Shown: positions 9,449-19,003 of the stretch, in pieces
Position numbering within the stretch: position 1 is the stretch's first letter
Layout: each line of letters starts with the position of its first letter
Assembly (NCBI GenBank): GCA_963836075.1
Contig: CAWIIB010000001.1
Location: 256,001 to 320,000, forward strand
Source of the DNA: an uncultured Acidobacteriota bacterium
GTDB lineage: Bacteria; Acidobacteriota; JAQAZP01
Length of the DNA: 64,000 nt
Reading direction: 5' to 3'
Made by a program: the position numbers and the translations under genes
Notes under the pieces: generated by a model
What the model was told of the DNA's origin: nothing
Seen by the model: the letters and a program-made list of their open reading frames with translations, nothing else
Database searches by the model: none

Positions 9449-9485
9449 CTTCCTGCATGGGGGATGTGGCGGCCCTGTGGTCGGC

Positions 9486-11243
9486 TCAGTGCAGCTGGCA
9501 GATCAGGCCCTTGGGAAATTTGTAGATCATGGTCTCCAGAACATATTCCCTGATTTCCTGCTCGGTGGTAAATCCCATGATCTTGTTGACCAGCGACCGT
9601 GCTTCACGGATGCGGATTGAGCGGATGACGTTTTTGATGATCGGAATTGCCGTGGGGTGCATGCTCAACTCGCGAAGTCCCAGGCCCAGCAGGATCAAGG
9701 CGTGAAGCGGATCGGAAGCCATCTCACCGCACATGGAGACATCGATGTGACAGGCGTTGGCCGACTCCACCACGAACTTCAGCGTCCGCAGAATTGCCGG
9801 GTGAAGCGGAGTGTAGAGATGGGCGATGCTGTCGTTTCCCCGGTCCGTGGCCAGGCAATACTGAATCAGGTCATTGGTCCCGATACTGAAAAAATCGACT
9901 TCCCGGGCCAGCAGGTCGGCTATGGTGGCCGCAGAGGGAACCTCGATCATGATTCCCAGTTTCATCTGCTCGTCGAATGGCTGGCCTTCACGATGCAAGT
10001 CCTCCTTCACTCCATCGAGGACCATTTTAGCCACCCGCAGTTCCCGCACGCCGGATATCAGGGGGAACATCAGCCGCAGTTTGCCGTGCAATCCGGCTCG
10101 AAGAATTGCCCGCAGCTGTGTCCGGAAGAGATCCTTGCGCTTGAGGCAGAGGCGTATGGCACGCAGTCCCATAACCGGGTTCATCTCGTCGCTCTCCAGC
10201 ACCTCGTGGAAGAATTTCTCTCCACCCAGATCGAGGGTGCGGATCACGGCGAAGTGCGGCTTGCTCTTCTCGGCCAGTGAGCGGTAGACCTGAAAATGCT
10301 CCTCCTCGGTGGGCAGCTGGGGAGAGCACTTTAGAAAGAGGAATTCGGAGCGATAGAGCCCCACCCCCTCGGCCCCGGACATGCTGTTGTTCTCCATTTC
10401 TTCCACCAGCTCGATGTTGGCGCGCAGGTGGATCTGGTGCCCGTCCAGGGTTTCAGCCGGAACGTCCTTGAGACGCAACAGCTCCTCGGCATAGTCGCTG
10501 TATTTCCGGGCCTTGTTGCGCGCTTCGCTGATCAGTGTGGCACTGGGGTTGATCAGTATGGTTCCCTCGTTCCCGTCCAGGACGATCATGTCACCGGTCT
10601 TGATCCGGCCCACAATATCCTGAAATCCGACAGCGGCAGGGATCCTGAGGGATTTGGCGATGATGGCGCTGTGTGAAGTGGGGCCGCCGACTTCCACGAC
10701 AAAACCCACCACCGGCCTGTTTCTGAACGACACGGTCTGCGATGGCGACAGAGCGTGCGCCACCACGATGGTGTCCTCCTTGAGATCCGGCAGATGATCG
10801 GGTTTGAAGTCGGGATCGAGAAGGTGCCGCAGAATGCGGTCCCGAATGTCCTCAAGGTCGATGATCCGTTCCCGGAGGTAATGGTCACCAACACCGCTCA
10901 GAGCGATCACCGTTTCCTGGAAGACTTCCTGGACCGCCCATTCGGCCACCACCAGCTGTTTCCTGATATTGCTGCAGACCTGTTCGATAATGGTCCGGTC
11001 GTGGAGCAACAGAATGTGGGCCTCGAAGATACCGGCGTTATCGTCACCAACTGAACGGCGCACATCGCTTTTCAGATTTTTCAGGTCTCTGCTGGCATTT
11101 TTCAGGGCGGTGCGGAAACGGGAGATTTCAGCGGGCACATGGGATTTGGCTATGCTCTTCCTGGTCAGGACAAATTTCTGCGGATCGAGGACCAGTGCCC
11201 TGCCATAGGCTATCCCTGCTGAGACACCTAGACCTCTAAACAT
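9486..11243 (-). CDS. ptsI: PEP-protein phosphotransferase (PTS enzyme I)
   Basis: GGPTSHSAI phospho-His motif, GLYRSEF, FSIGTNDL, MCGEMA; no N-terminal GAF domain. Confidence 0.95.
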   Translation of the reverse strand: MFRGLGVSAGIAYGRALVLDPQKFVLTRKSIAKSHVPAEISRFRTALKNASRDLKNLKSDVRRSVGDDNAGIFEAHILLLHDRTIIEQVCSNIRKQLVVAEWAVQEVFQETVIALSGVGDHYLRERIIDLEDIRDRILRHLLDPDFKPDHLPDLKEDTIVVAHALSPSQTVSFRNRPVVGFVVEVGGPTSHSAIIAKSLRIPAAVGFQDIVGRIKTGDMIVLDGNEGTILINPSATLISEARNKARKYSDYAEELLRLKDVPAETLDGHQIHLRANIELVEEMENNSMSGAEGVGLYRSEFLFLKCSPQLPTEEEHFQVYRSLAEKSKPHFAVIRTLDLGGEKFFHEVLESDEMNPVMGLRAIRLCLKRKDLFRTQLRAILRAGLHGKLRLMFPLISGVRELRVAKMVLDGVKEDLHREGQPFDEQMKLGIMIEVPSAATIADLLAREVDFFSIGTNDLIQYCLATDRGNDSIAHLYTPLHPAILRTLKFVVESANACHIDVSMCGEMASDPLHALILLGLGLRELSMHPTAIPIIKNVIRSIRIREARSLVNKIMGFTTEQEIREYVLETMIYKFPKGLICQLH

Positions 11244-11255
11244 AAAATTATTACC

Positions 11256-11561
11256 CTATCCGGTAATCTGCTGTTGATGAGCCTCCGGCAGCTCGCCAAA
11301 ACCGTTGGCCACCAGAGCTTTCAACGTGTCCAGCGCGGTCTGCTGGTCCTCACCCGCTACCCGGATGATGATCCGGGTTCCGATGGAGGCCGCCAGGAGC
11401 AGCACACCAAGGATGCTCTTGCCGTCGACCTCGTCTCCCGGCTTGTCCTCCCGGCTCAGTTTGACCTGGCTCTGGAAACCGCTGGCGGTATTGACAAACT
11501 TGGAGGCCGCCCGGGCGTGAAGCCCCAGCTCGTTGATAATCTCGACAGTCTCCTCGATCAT
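11256..11561 (-). CDS. ptsH: HPr phosphocarrier protein
   Basis: GLHARAA (His15) and DGKSILG (Ser46). Confidence 0.93.
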   Translation of the reverse strand: MIEETVEIINELGLHARAASKFVNTASGFQSQVKLSREDKPGDEVDGKSILGVLLLAASIGTRIIIRVAGEDQQTALDTLKALVANGFGELPEAHQQQITG

Positions 11562-11679
11562 ACTGTCCTCGAGATCCGGGCGCGGCCCGGGGCCGCGGTC
11601 TGCTGCCATATTCTTCAGTACACTGTCGCAGAGTGAAGATGTCTTCTTTCAGCCGGTCGGCCGCTGAGAGAGCGGGACG

Positions 11680-12087
11680 TCAATTGCGGTTGAGAATGTC
11701 GCTGGCCACATGGATGCTCTTCTGCCCCTGGGCCCGGATTTTCTGCGCCGCTTCCACCAGATTCCACTTCTCTTTCCTGAGACTGAACAGCTTGATCAGC
11801 ATCGGCAAATTGACGCCGGTAATGATTTCCACCTTGTCGGCTTCCAGGAAGGAAAGGCTCAGATTGGTCGGCGTACCGCCGAACATATCGGTGAGGATCA
11901 GGACACCGTAGCCCTCGCTCACTGTTTCAATTCCCTCCAGGATCGCCCTGCGGGCCTTGCCCACCTCATCATTCCAACCGATGGAGATGGCCTGGATTCC
12001 CTGAAAGTCCTCGCCGATGATCATTCGAGCGGCTTTCACCAGCTCGTCGGCCAGGTTGCCGTGGGTCACAACAAGAATTCCAAACAT
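11680..12087 (-). CDS. PTS EIIA, mannose/fructose family
   Basis: VVTHG, TDMFGGTP, GVNLPML. Confidence 0.92.
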   Translation of the reverse strand: MFGILVVTHGNLADELVKAARMIIGEDFQGIQAISIGWNDEVGKARRAILEGIETVSEGYGVLILTDMFGGTPTNLSLSFLEADKVEIITGVNLPMLIKLFSLRKEKWNLVEAAQKIRAQGQKSIHVASDILNRN

Positions 12088-12226
12088 GATCTTACATCCC
12101 CGGCCTGCCGCCCGGCGGCGCGGACCGTTCTTGACTCTGCCTGTCGGGGAGCTATTCTACCGTCTTCAGGCGGGATGCCGCAAATCATTTCATGCCGCGG
12201 TTCCATCCGCAGAACGGCTTGGCGTC

Positions 12227-13198
12227 TCAACTCCTTTGTCCCCGGCGCAACAGGTTCTCGTCCAGGCGGTCCACAAGTTCACGGGCCCGGTTCACGCCCT
12301 TGAGCTTGAGCAGATGGTTGCGCACCCCCACCTCGATGAGATTGGAGATGTTGCGTCCTGGTGCCACCGGCATCAGCAGCACCGGGATGTCGACGCCCAT
12401 GATCTCCCGGCGAAACTCCTCGACGCCCAGCCGGTCGTAGGCCTGCCCGGCTTTCCATTTGTCCAGGGAAACCATCAGCTCCACCGTCTTGGAACGGCGC
12501 ACCGAGGTCACGCCGAACAGTTCCTCGATGTTGATCACCCCCATCCCCCGGACCTCCATCAGGTGGCGCAGCGGTGCAGGGCTGGTGCCTTCCAGCACGG
12601 AATCAGGCCTCCGCTTGATCAGGATGATGTCGTCGGCGATCAGGCGGTGGCCACGGGAGATCAGGTCCAGTGCGCTCTCGCTCTTGCCGATGCCGCTCTC
12701 CCCCACCAGCAACACTCCCAGGCCGAATATTTCCAGCAGCACGCCGTGGATCTGGGCCGTGGGCGCCAGACGGTCTTCGAGGAAATCGGTGAGCCGCCTG
12801 ATACACACCGAACTGACCAGGCGGCTCTTGATCACCGGCACGTTGTGCTCGTCGGCAAGGCGGAGAAACAGGTCGCAGGCCCGGGAACGGTGGGTCAGGA
12901 CAAAGACGGTGATCTCTTCCGAAAAGACCTGGCGCAGCGTCTCCTCCCAGACCTCGCTCCGCTCTTCCAGGGTCTGCAGGAATTCGGACTCGCTGCGGGC
13001 CAGGATCTGGACCCGGCCCTTGCGGATGTAATCCTGCTTCCCGGCAAAGGAGAGGCCCGGCTTTTGAATCCGGCTGTCGGTGATCAGGTTGGACAGCCCG
13101 CCGCGGCCGGCCAGCAAGCTGGCCTCGATGCCCGGTCGCCCTTCGTCGAGGAGGGCCTGGACCGGGATGCTCTTTTTTTCCAGCGTGTTGTCGGTCAT
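12227..13198 (-). CDS. hprK: HPr kinase/phosphorylase
   Basis: GESGIGKSE Walker A, LIADD, EVRGMGVINI. Confidence 0.95.
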   Translation of the reverse strand: MTDNTLEKKSIPVQALLDEGRPGIEASLLAGRGGLSNLITDSRIQKPGLSFAGKQDYIRKGRVQILARSESEFLQTLEERSEVWEETLRQVFSEEITVFVLTHRSRACDLFLRLADEHNVPVIKSRLVSSVCIRRLTDFLEDRLAPTAQIHGVLLEIFGLGVLLVGESGIGKSESALDLISRGHRLIADDIILIKRRPDSVLEGTSPAPLRHLMEVRGMGVINIEELFGVTSVRRSKTVELMVSLDKWKAGQAYDRLGVEEFRREIMGVDIPVLLMPVAPGRNISNLIEVGVRNHLLKLKGVNRARELVDRLDENLLRRGQRS

Positions 13199-13215
13199 CT
13201 GTGGGGCGCCACGAG

Positions 13216-13830
13216 TTACCGGTCGGGATCGATGAGCCCGAAGTTTCCGTCACTGGACTTGTACATCACATTGATGCGCGAGGAGTCCGCGTCGCGATAG
13301 ACGATGAAGGACATGGGCGAATCGGACAGCCGCAGGGCCGCCTCTTCAACGGTGAGCGGCTTGGCCTCATAGCTGCTGGAGCGGACCACCCGCGGTTGTG
13401 TTTCCGCCTCCCCGTCCAGGTCTCCCCCCTCCTCGTCGCTTGAACCGTCGGCCTCCGCGCCTTCGCCGCCTTCCTCTCCGGCCGCATAGGCGTTCATTTT
13501 CTCCAGCATGGCTTCCTTGCCGCCGCGCATTTTCTTGCGGTCCCGGACCTTTTCTTTCTGCTTCTTGGCCTGCCGTTCAAGTTTTTCCACCACCGCGCCA
13601 ACCGAGGCGTACATGTCGCTGGTCACTTCCTCGCCGTTGAGGGAGAACGGTTTGCCGGTGACGCCGATTTCGGCGATGTGCCGGTATTTTTCAACGCTGA
13701 GCGTGACATTGATGTCCTGGATCGATGTCCAGTACTTGGTGATCTTCTCCAGTTTCTCAGTGACGAATTGCTTCATCGCGTTGCTGACGTCCATCTGCCT
13801 TCCGGTGAAATGGATTCGCACGTCTTTCAT
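13216..13830 (-). CDS. hpf: Ribosome hibernation promoting factor (long HPF) with an acidic linker
   Basis: DMYASVGAVVEKLERQ N-terminal domain and a C-terminal PLTVEEAAL...NVMY..DGNFGLI domain. Confidence 0.9.
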   Translation of the reverse strand: MKDVRIHFTGRQMDVSNAMKQFVTEKLEKITKYWTSIQDINVTLSVEKYRHIAEIGVTGKPFSLNGEEVTSDMYASVGAVVEKLERQAKKQKEKVRDRKKMRGGKEAMLEKMNAYAAGEEGGEGAEADGSSDEEGGDLDGEAETQPRVVRSSSYEAKPLTVEEAALRLSDSPMSFIVYRDADSSRINVMYKSSDGNFGLIDPDR

Positions 13831-13951
13831 GTTTTCCCCCGTTGCCTGATCTTGGGACTCCCTGGGGCGTCCACAACAAAAAGGGGCACGTCATGCCGCT
13901 GCCAAACTCCGGCACTCCCTACCCCGCGGAAACAGGACCTGGATACACTGA

Positions 13952-15406
13952 TTACAAGAGCTGTCGACGATGAGTGGATGATGGTATTTTCATCTCCTCC
14001 CGATACTTGGCCACGGTTCTGCGGGCGATTTCAAGCCCTTCCTGTTTGAGCAGTTTGACGATCGCCGAATCGCTCAGCGGCTTTTCAGCGTTTTCCCCGC
14101 TGACAAAGTCCTTGATCTTCCCCTTGACGCTGAGCGACGACACATCACTGCCGCCATCCGAACTGATGCCGCTGTGGAAGAAGTAGCGCATCTCGAACAC
14201 GCCGCGGGGCGTGTGCATATACTTGTTGGAGACCACCCGGCTCACCGTGGACTCGTGCATCTGGATGTCTTCGGCCACATCGCGCAGCACCAGGGGCTTC
14301 ATGTGGTGGATGCCGTGGTCCAGAAAGGCCCGCTGGTGCTTGACCACACTCTGGGCCACCTTGTAGATGGTGCGCTGCCGCTGTTCGAGACTCTTGATCA
14401 GCCACAGTGCCGAACGGAACTTGTCCCGGATGTAGTTCTTGGTGTCGGCACTGTTTTCCTTGCCCTTCTCCAGCATCTTCCGGTAGTAGGGGCTCAGTTT
14501 GAGCCGGGGCAGCCCGTCCTCGTTGAGCAGCACCACATACTCGTCGTCCACCTTGACCACGTGGATGTCGGGCACCACGTATTGCGAATTGACATTGTTG
14601 TATTTCAGCCCCGGCCGCGGGTCCAGCTGCCGGATGATGTCGAGGTAGCGTCCCACCTCCTCCAGCGAACAGTCCAGCACGGTGGCGATCTCCTTGTAGC
14701 GCCGCTTCTGCAGCAGGTCCAGGTGGTCCCGGACGATCACCTCCACCTCGGTGCCCAGCGCGTCCACCGCCTTGAGTTGCAGCAGCAGGCACTCCTTGAG
14801 GTTCCGCGCAGCGACGCCGGCCGGGTCAAAGGACTGCACCAGGTCGATGGCCCGGGCGACGGTTTCCAGCCCATACCCGCCCATGGTCTGCAACTCATCG
14901 TCGCTGGCCATCAACATTCCGTCTTCGTTGAGATTGCCGATCACCGCTTCGGCAGCCTCGCGCAGGGATTCGTCGGACTGGGACACTCCAAGCTGCCACT
15001 GCAGGTGGTCGGTGAGGTTGGGCGGTTTCTGCAGAAAGTTCTCATACGAAGGCAGTTCACGGACTTCGGACATTCCCTGGAAGGTGCGCGGTCCGATGGC
15101 CGGGTCGAGGTATTCCTGAAAATAGGAATCCATGTCGATTTCGCTGAATGAATCCTCCTTGACCTCCGGCTCGGTCTTTTCCACGGGAGGGCTTTCGGCT
15201 TCCGGCTGCTCCGCGGCGCCCGGTTCGGTGGGCGGCTCCACCGCGGTCTCCTCCAGCACCGGGTTCTCCACCAGTTCCTGGGTCAGCACGTCCTGCAGTT
15301 CCAGGCGGTTCAACTGCAGCAGTTTGATCGCCTGCTGCAGCGACGGAGTCATGATCAGCTTCTGGGTCAGCTTGAGGGACAAGCTGAGTCGTTGGTCGAA
15401 CGCCAT
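13952..15406 (-). CDS. rpoN: RNA polymerase sigma-54 factor
   Basis: LQQAIKLLQL region I, HESTVSR and the RpoN box ARRTVAKYRE. Confidence 0.97.
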   Translation of the reverse strand: MAFDQRLSLSLKLTQKLIMTPSLQQAIKLLQLNRLELQDVLTQELVENPVLEETAVEPPTEPGAAEQPEAESPPVEKTEPEVKEDSFSEIDMDSYFQEYLDPAIGPRTFQGMSEVRELPSYENFLQKPPNLTDHLQWQLGVSQSDESLREAAEAVIGNLNEDGMLMASDDELQTMGGYGLETVARAIDLVQSFDPAGVAARNLKECLLLQLKAVDALGTEVEVIVRDHLDLLQKRRYKEIATVLDCSLEEVGRYLDIIRQLDPRPGLKYNNVNSQYVVPDIHVVKVDDEYVVLLNEDGLPRLKLSPYYRKMLEKGKENSADTKNYIRDKFRSALWLIKSLEQRQRTIYKVAQSVVKHQRAFLDHGIHHMKPLVLRDVAEDIQMHESTVSRVVSNKYMHTPRGVFEMRYFFHSGISSDGGSDVSSLSVKGKIKDFVSGENAEKPLSDSAIVKLLKQEGLEIARRTVAKYREEMKIPSSTHRRQLL

Positions 15407-15529
15407 CTGGTATCGCCTCAAAAACCTTTCATGGTCTGGTCAACACTTCTGCTCGGGGCACCGGCTTCCGCTGTAATCCGTTTCGGCCGATTGGGCCCCG
15501 AGGATTACCCCCGGTTGCCGTTTGGGCTG

Positions 15530-16273
15530 TCAGTTCAAGCGAAAATGTTCGCCGAGATAGATTCTCCGGACCTCTTCGTCCTCCGCCAGATCGGACGGGG
15601 ACCCGGTGCGGAAAATCTCGCCCTCCTTGATGATGTAGGCCCGATCGGTAATCTGCAGGGTTTCCCGCACGTTGTGGTCGGTGATCAGAATCCCGATGCC
15701 CTTGTCACGCAGATGAAGTATCAGCTTTTGAATCTCCAGCACGGCCTTGGGGTCGATGCCGGCGAAAGGTTCGTCGAGCAGGATGAAAAAGGGGGAGATC
15801 ACCAGTGAACGGCTGATTTCCACCCGACGCCGCTCACCGCCGGAGAGCGAATAGGCCTTGTGCTTGGCCAGGTGCTCCACACCGAGTTCCCGCAGCAGTT
15901 CTCCCAGCCGCCTGGTCCGCTCGGCTGAGGTCATGCGCATCGACTCCAGGATCGCCAGCAGGTTCTCCTCCACGGTCAATTTGCGGAAGATCGACGCCTC
16001 CTGGGGCAGGTAGCTGATGCCGCTCTTGGCCCGGAGATACATCGGCAGGGTGGTGATGTCCCGGCCATCCAGGAACACCTGCCCGCTGTTCGGTCTGATC
16101 AGGCCGAGGATCATGTAGAAGGTGGTGGTCTTCCCGGCGCCGTTGGGCCCCAGCAGGCCGACGATCTCGCCTTTGCGCACTTCCACCGAGACGCGGTTCA
16201 CCACCTGGCGGCCCCGGTAGGACTTGACCAGCTTGTCCGTACTCAGGCAATGCTCGGAACCGTTGGTGGACAT
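15530..16273 (-). CDS. lptB: LPS export ABC ATPase
   Basis: [36 protein letters not shown]. Confidence 0.96.
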   Translation of the reverse strand: MSTNGSEHCLSTDKLVKSYRGRQVVNRVSVEVRKGEIVGLLGPNGAGKTTTFYMILGLIRPNSGQVFLDGRDITTLPMYLRAKSGISYLPQEASIFRKLTVEENLLAILESMRMTSAERTRRLGELLRELGVEHLAKHKAYSLSGGERRRVEISRSLVISPFFILLDEPFAGIDPKAVLEIQKLILHLRDKGIGILITDHNVRETLQITDRAYIIKEGEIFRTGSPSDLAEDEEVRRIYLGEHFRLN

Positions 16274-18877
16274 CTACCGGGTACTGCTCCTGCCGACAGA
16301 ACCGCTCCCCGCGGTCCCGCTGGAACGGGCACTGCCGCCACGGCTCACGCCGTTTGCAGCATCACCGCCGCCGGCAATCACCGGTGGGGGCGCGCCGGAA
16401 TGCAACAGAATAAGGGTCACTTCGTTATCGTTTGCGCGATTCAAAATTTTACCATCGGCCAGATAGTAAGTCAAAGATGTGCCTTGTGCTGAGCCACTTC
16501 GCGGGTCAACGATGGTGGCGATGGTATCGATGCCCACCAGTACCGCCACCTGTTCCCCGGGGTAGTAGAGGACCCGCTCGCCGGTGGCCGTCCGGCCCCC
16601 CGGCTGGCTCAGCGTCACCTGGGGCACCTGAGGACGCCGGGATGGGCCGGCCGTTTCCTGTTCCGCCCCCCCGCCGGAGAGGCTTTTTGCACCGCTCTCC
16701 GCCCCTGCGGAAGGGGAGGAACTGCCCGGGGCCGCGGTCCGGTCGTCAATGCCGGCGGCAACGGTTTCGGTGCCGCGCTGGCGGCTGGCCTGCCGGTCAA
16801 AACCGGTCACCAGCAGATCCTGGCCGGCGAGCTCCGGAGGGACCGGATCCAGCGTCTTCGCAGCGGCGGCGGAGGCAATAATGTGCAGGATCCGGTTGTC
16901 CGCCCGGGCCAGCTGCACCTCCATGTGGTCGGCGGCAAGCCTGGTCCTGTGTTTGCGGACGGTGACCTTGTCGTTGAGGATGATGTAGCGTGCCAGGTCA
17001 TCATAGACCAGCTCCCGGCAGGTGATCTGCAGCGGCGCCGACATGTCAAGCGCTTCGGGCTCCGTCGCCGATTCTTCAGCGGGCCCCAGATCGTCCGCAA
17101 TTCTGCCGAGCGGCGCCACCTCACCGCTGGAGAGACCTTCGGCCAGCTGCTCCACGGCGGGAAGGACCTCTTCCGCCTCGTCCGCCACCCGGGCCTCCTC
17201 GCCCCTGGCCGGGGGGTGGATGACCAGCAGGACGCTTTCCAGAGCCTCCATGCGCCGGTCCTCGTGGTGCAGCCACAGGTTGCGCGCCGAGAGGACGTTT
17301 TCACCGTTGAGCACGCGAACCGTTCCCCGGAAGCTGGAGACACCCGCTTCCAGGTCGCTCTCCAGGCGGTCGGCATGGATATAGACCGGTTCGTTGCCGC
17401 TCCCCTGGCTGAACAGGGCCACGTCGAGACCCGTCTCTTCCCCACCCTCTCCCTCGACCTTGACCCAGACGTCCTGCTCCGCCACCAGCAGTTGGCCATC
17501 CACCGAGTAGGTGAGGTGCACGGCTTCCATCTGCACTTTGTCGTTCCACATCCGGGGCAGCCGACCGTTCTCTTCTCCTGATATATGGAGCAGCCCTTTG
17601 GCGGCATCGAAGGTCGCTTGCCGGCCCCGTATTCGATCCTCTCCGCGGCTGAAGAGGATACCCCCGGCCACTTCGGCGGCCTCCAGTTCCTGGGCTTGTC
17701 CATCGAAACGTGCGGTCAGTGTCTCTCCGCTGAGCCGGGCTTCTTCAGGCCCGCCGTCAGCCATGCGCAGCAGGCAGCCGCCCTCGGCGTGGAAACTGTC
17801 CAGCCGGTTCGCCGGACCGTCGGGACGAAAACGGAAGATCAGCCGCTGGCCTTCCAGCTGCCGGAGCTCACTCCCCGTTGCGCCCTCCCCGGGTGCGGGA
17901 AAAACCCTGATGACCGCCTTTTCCGCTACGCTGCCCCGGGCCACCAGATACTGCAGGCGGGCCGTTTCATCGGCCTCCTGGTCAAAGAAGATTTCCAGCT
18001 GGCTTGCGCGGAGCGTCTTGCGGCCCGGATCGGAGCCCAGGCTGTCCAGCCCCTGCCCCTCTTCGCCGGGCTCCACCTCTTCGGCTCCGTTCCCCTCGGC
18101 CAGCTCCAGGACCACGTCGCCGAAAGCGGAGACGTGGCGGATCCGGCGATTCGCTTCGTCAAACTCGATGCGCAGGGTCCGGCTGCTGAGGCTCAGCCGG
18201 TCCTGCTCCAGGCGGACGCCCCGGGCCAGGTAGGCGATACCCGATTCCTTGATCAACTTGAGAAAACCGGCGCGCACCGAGACCGGCTCGTCCACGGAGC
18301 CTTCACTGTTGTGGATGGTCAGGTCCACCTGGGCCGGGAGCTGGAGTTCGCGGGTCTCGATGTCGTAGATCACGCCGTGGGAACTGCCGGAGAGCCGGGG
18401 GTCGAAAAACTCCACCAGGCTGTCGCTGACCACCATTGACGACTCCCGTCCCTGCTCATCCAGCTCCGTGTGGTGCAGGGCGGCTGCCGTACGGATGGTC
18501 ATCCCCTGCCCGTCACTGATGATGACGTTGTCCCAGAGAAAGGAATCGCCACTCTCCTGGTCGTGGCGGCCGAAGTCGCTGCGGACATCCATCCCGTCGG
18601 CCCCGCGGGTGAAGTGGAAGTCCTCCAGGATAATGCCCCCGTCCTGGTAGTTGACCATCTCCCGGGCCCGGATCTCGCTTTCCAGCTGCTCTTTCTGGTA
18701 GTTTTTCTGGCTGAATTCCTTCTGGATGACCTTTTCACCGTCCACCAGTTTGCGGAGATCCTCGTCGGCGGTGGAATCGGAGATGGTTTTGCCGGTGCGG
18801 TAACTGGTGATCACCACCCCGGAAAAAATCACCAGAGTGAGAAGCATCAGTATTCGCAGCAATTTGACTCGTTGCAT
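16274..18877 (-). CDS. Large LptC/LptA-like (OstA beta-jellyroll) multidomain protein
   Basis: One N-terminal TM helix, repeated OstA-like segments (e.g. PVYIHADRLE...FRGTVRV) and position directly upstream of lptB. Confidence 0.7.
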   Translation of the reverse strand: MQRVKLLRILMLLTLVIFSGVVITSYRTGKTISDSTADEDLRKLVDGEKVIQKEFSQKNYQKEQLESEIRAREMVNYQDGGIILEDFHFTRGADGMDVRSDFGRHDQESGDSFLWDNVIISDGQGMTIRTAAALHHTELDEQGRESSMVVSDSLVEFFDPRLSGSSHGVIYDIETRELQLPAQVDLTIHNSEGSVDEPVSVRAGFLKLIKESGIAYLARGVRLEQDRLSLSSRTLRIEFDEANRRIRHVSAFGDVVLELAEGNGAEEVEPGEEGQGLDSLGSDPGRKTLRASQLEIFFDQEADETARLQYLVARGSVAEKAVIRVFPAPGEGATGSELRQLEGQRLIFRFRPDGPANRLDSFHAEGGCLLRMADGGPEEARLSGETLTARFDGQAQELEAAEVAGGILFSRGEDRIRGRQATFDAAKGLLHISGEENGRLPRMWNDKVQMEAVHLTYSVDGQLLVAEQDVWVKVEGEGGEETGLDVALFSQGSGNEPVYIHADRLESDLEAGVSSFRGTVRVLNGENVLSARNLWLHHEDRRMEALESVLLVIHPPARGEEARVADEAEEVLPAVEQLAEGLSSGEVAPLGRIADDLGPAEESATEPEALDMSAPLQITCRELVYDDLARYIILNDKVTVRKHRTRLAADHMEVQLARADNRILHIIASAAAAKTLDPVPPELAGQDLLVTGFDRQASRQRGTETVAAGIDDRTAAPGSSSPSAGAESGAKSLSGGGAEQETAGPSRRPQVPQVTLSQPGGRTATGERVLYYPGEQVAVLVGIDTIATIVDPRSGSAQGTSLTYYLADGKILNRANDNEVTLILLHSGAPPPVIAGGGDAANGVSRGGSARSSGTAGSGSVGRSSTR

Positions 18878-19003
18878 GGAGCGTATCCGCCACCGGGGCC
18901 GCCAGAACGGCCAGGTTGATTCAAAACCCGTACCACTTTCGCTATTGTACTATTATTGATTCACCGGGGGCTGTCAATCTTTAATAAAAAGCAGCGGTCA
19001 CCG

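Noticed and set aside
13831-13951. Sigma-54 promoter upstream of hpf
   Set aside because: TGGCA is present on the minus strand but there is no GC at the -12 spacing.
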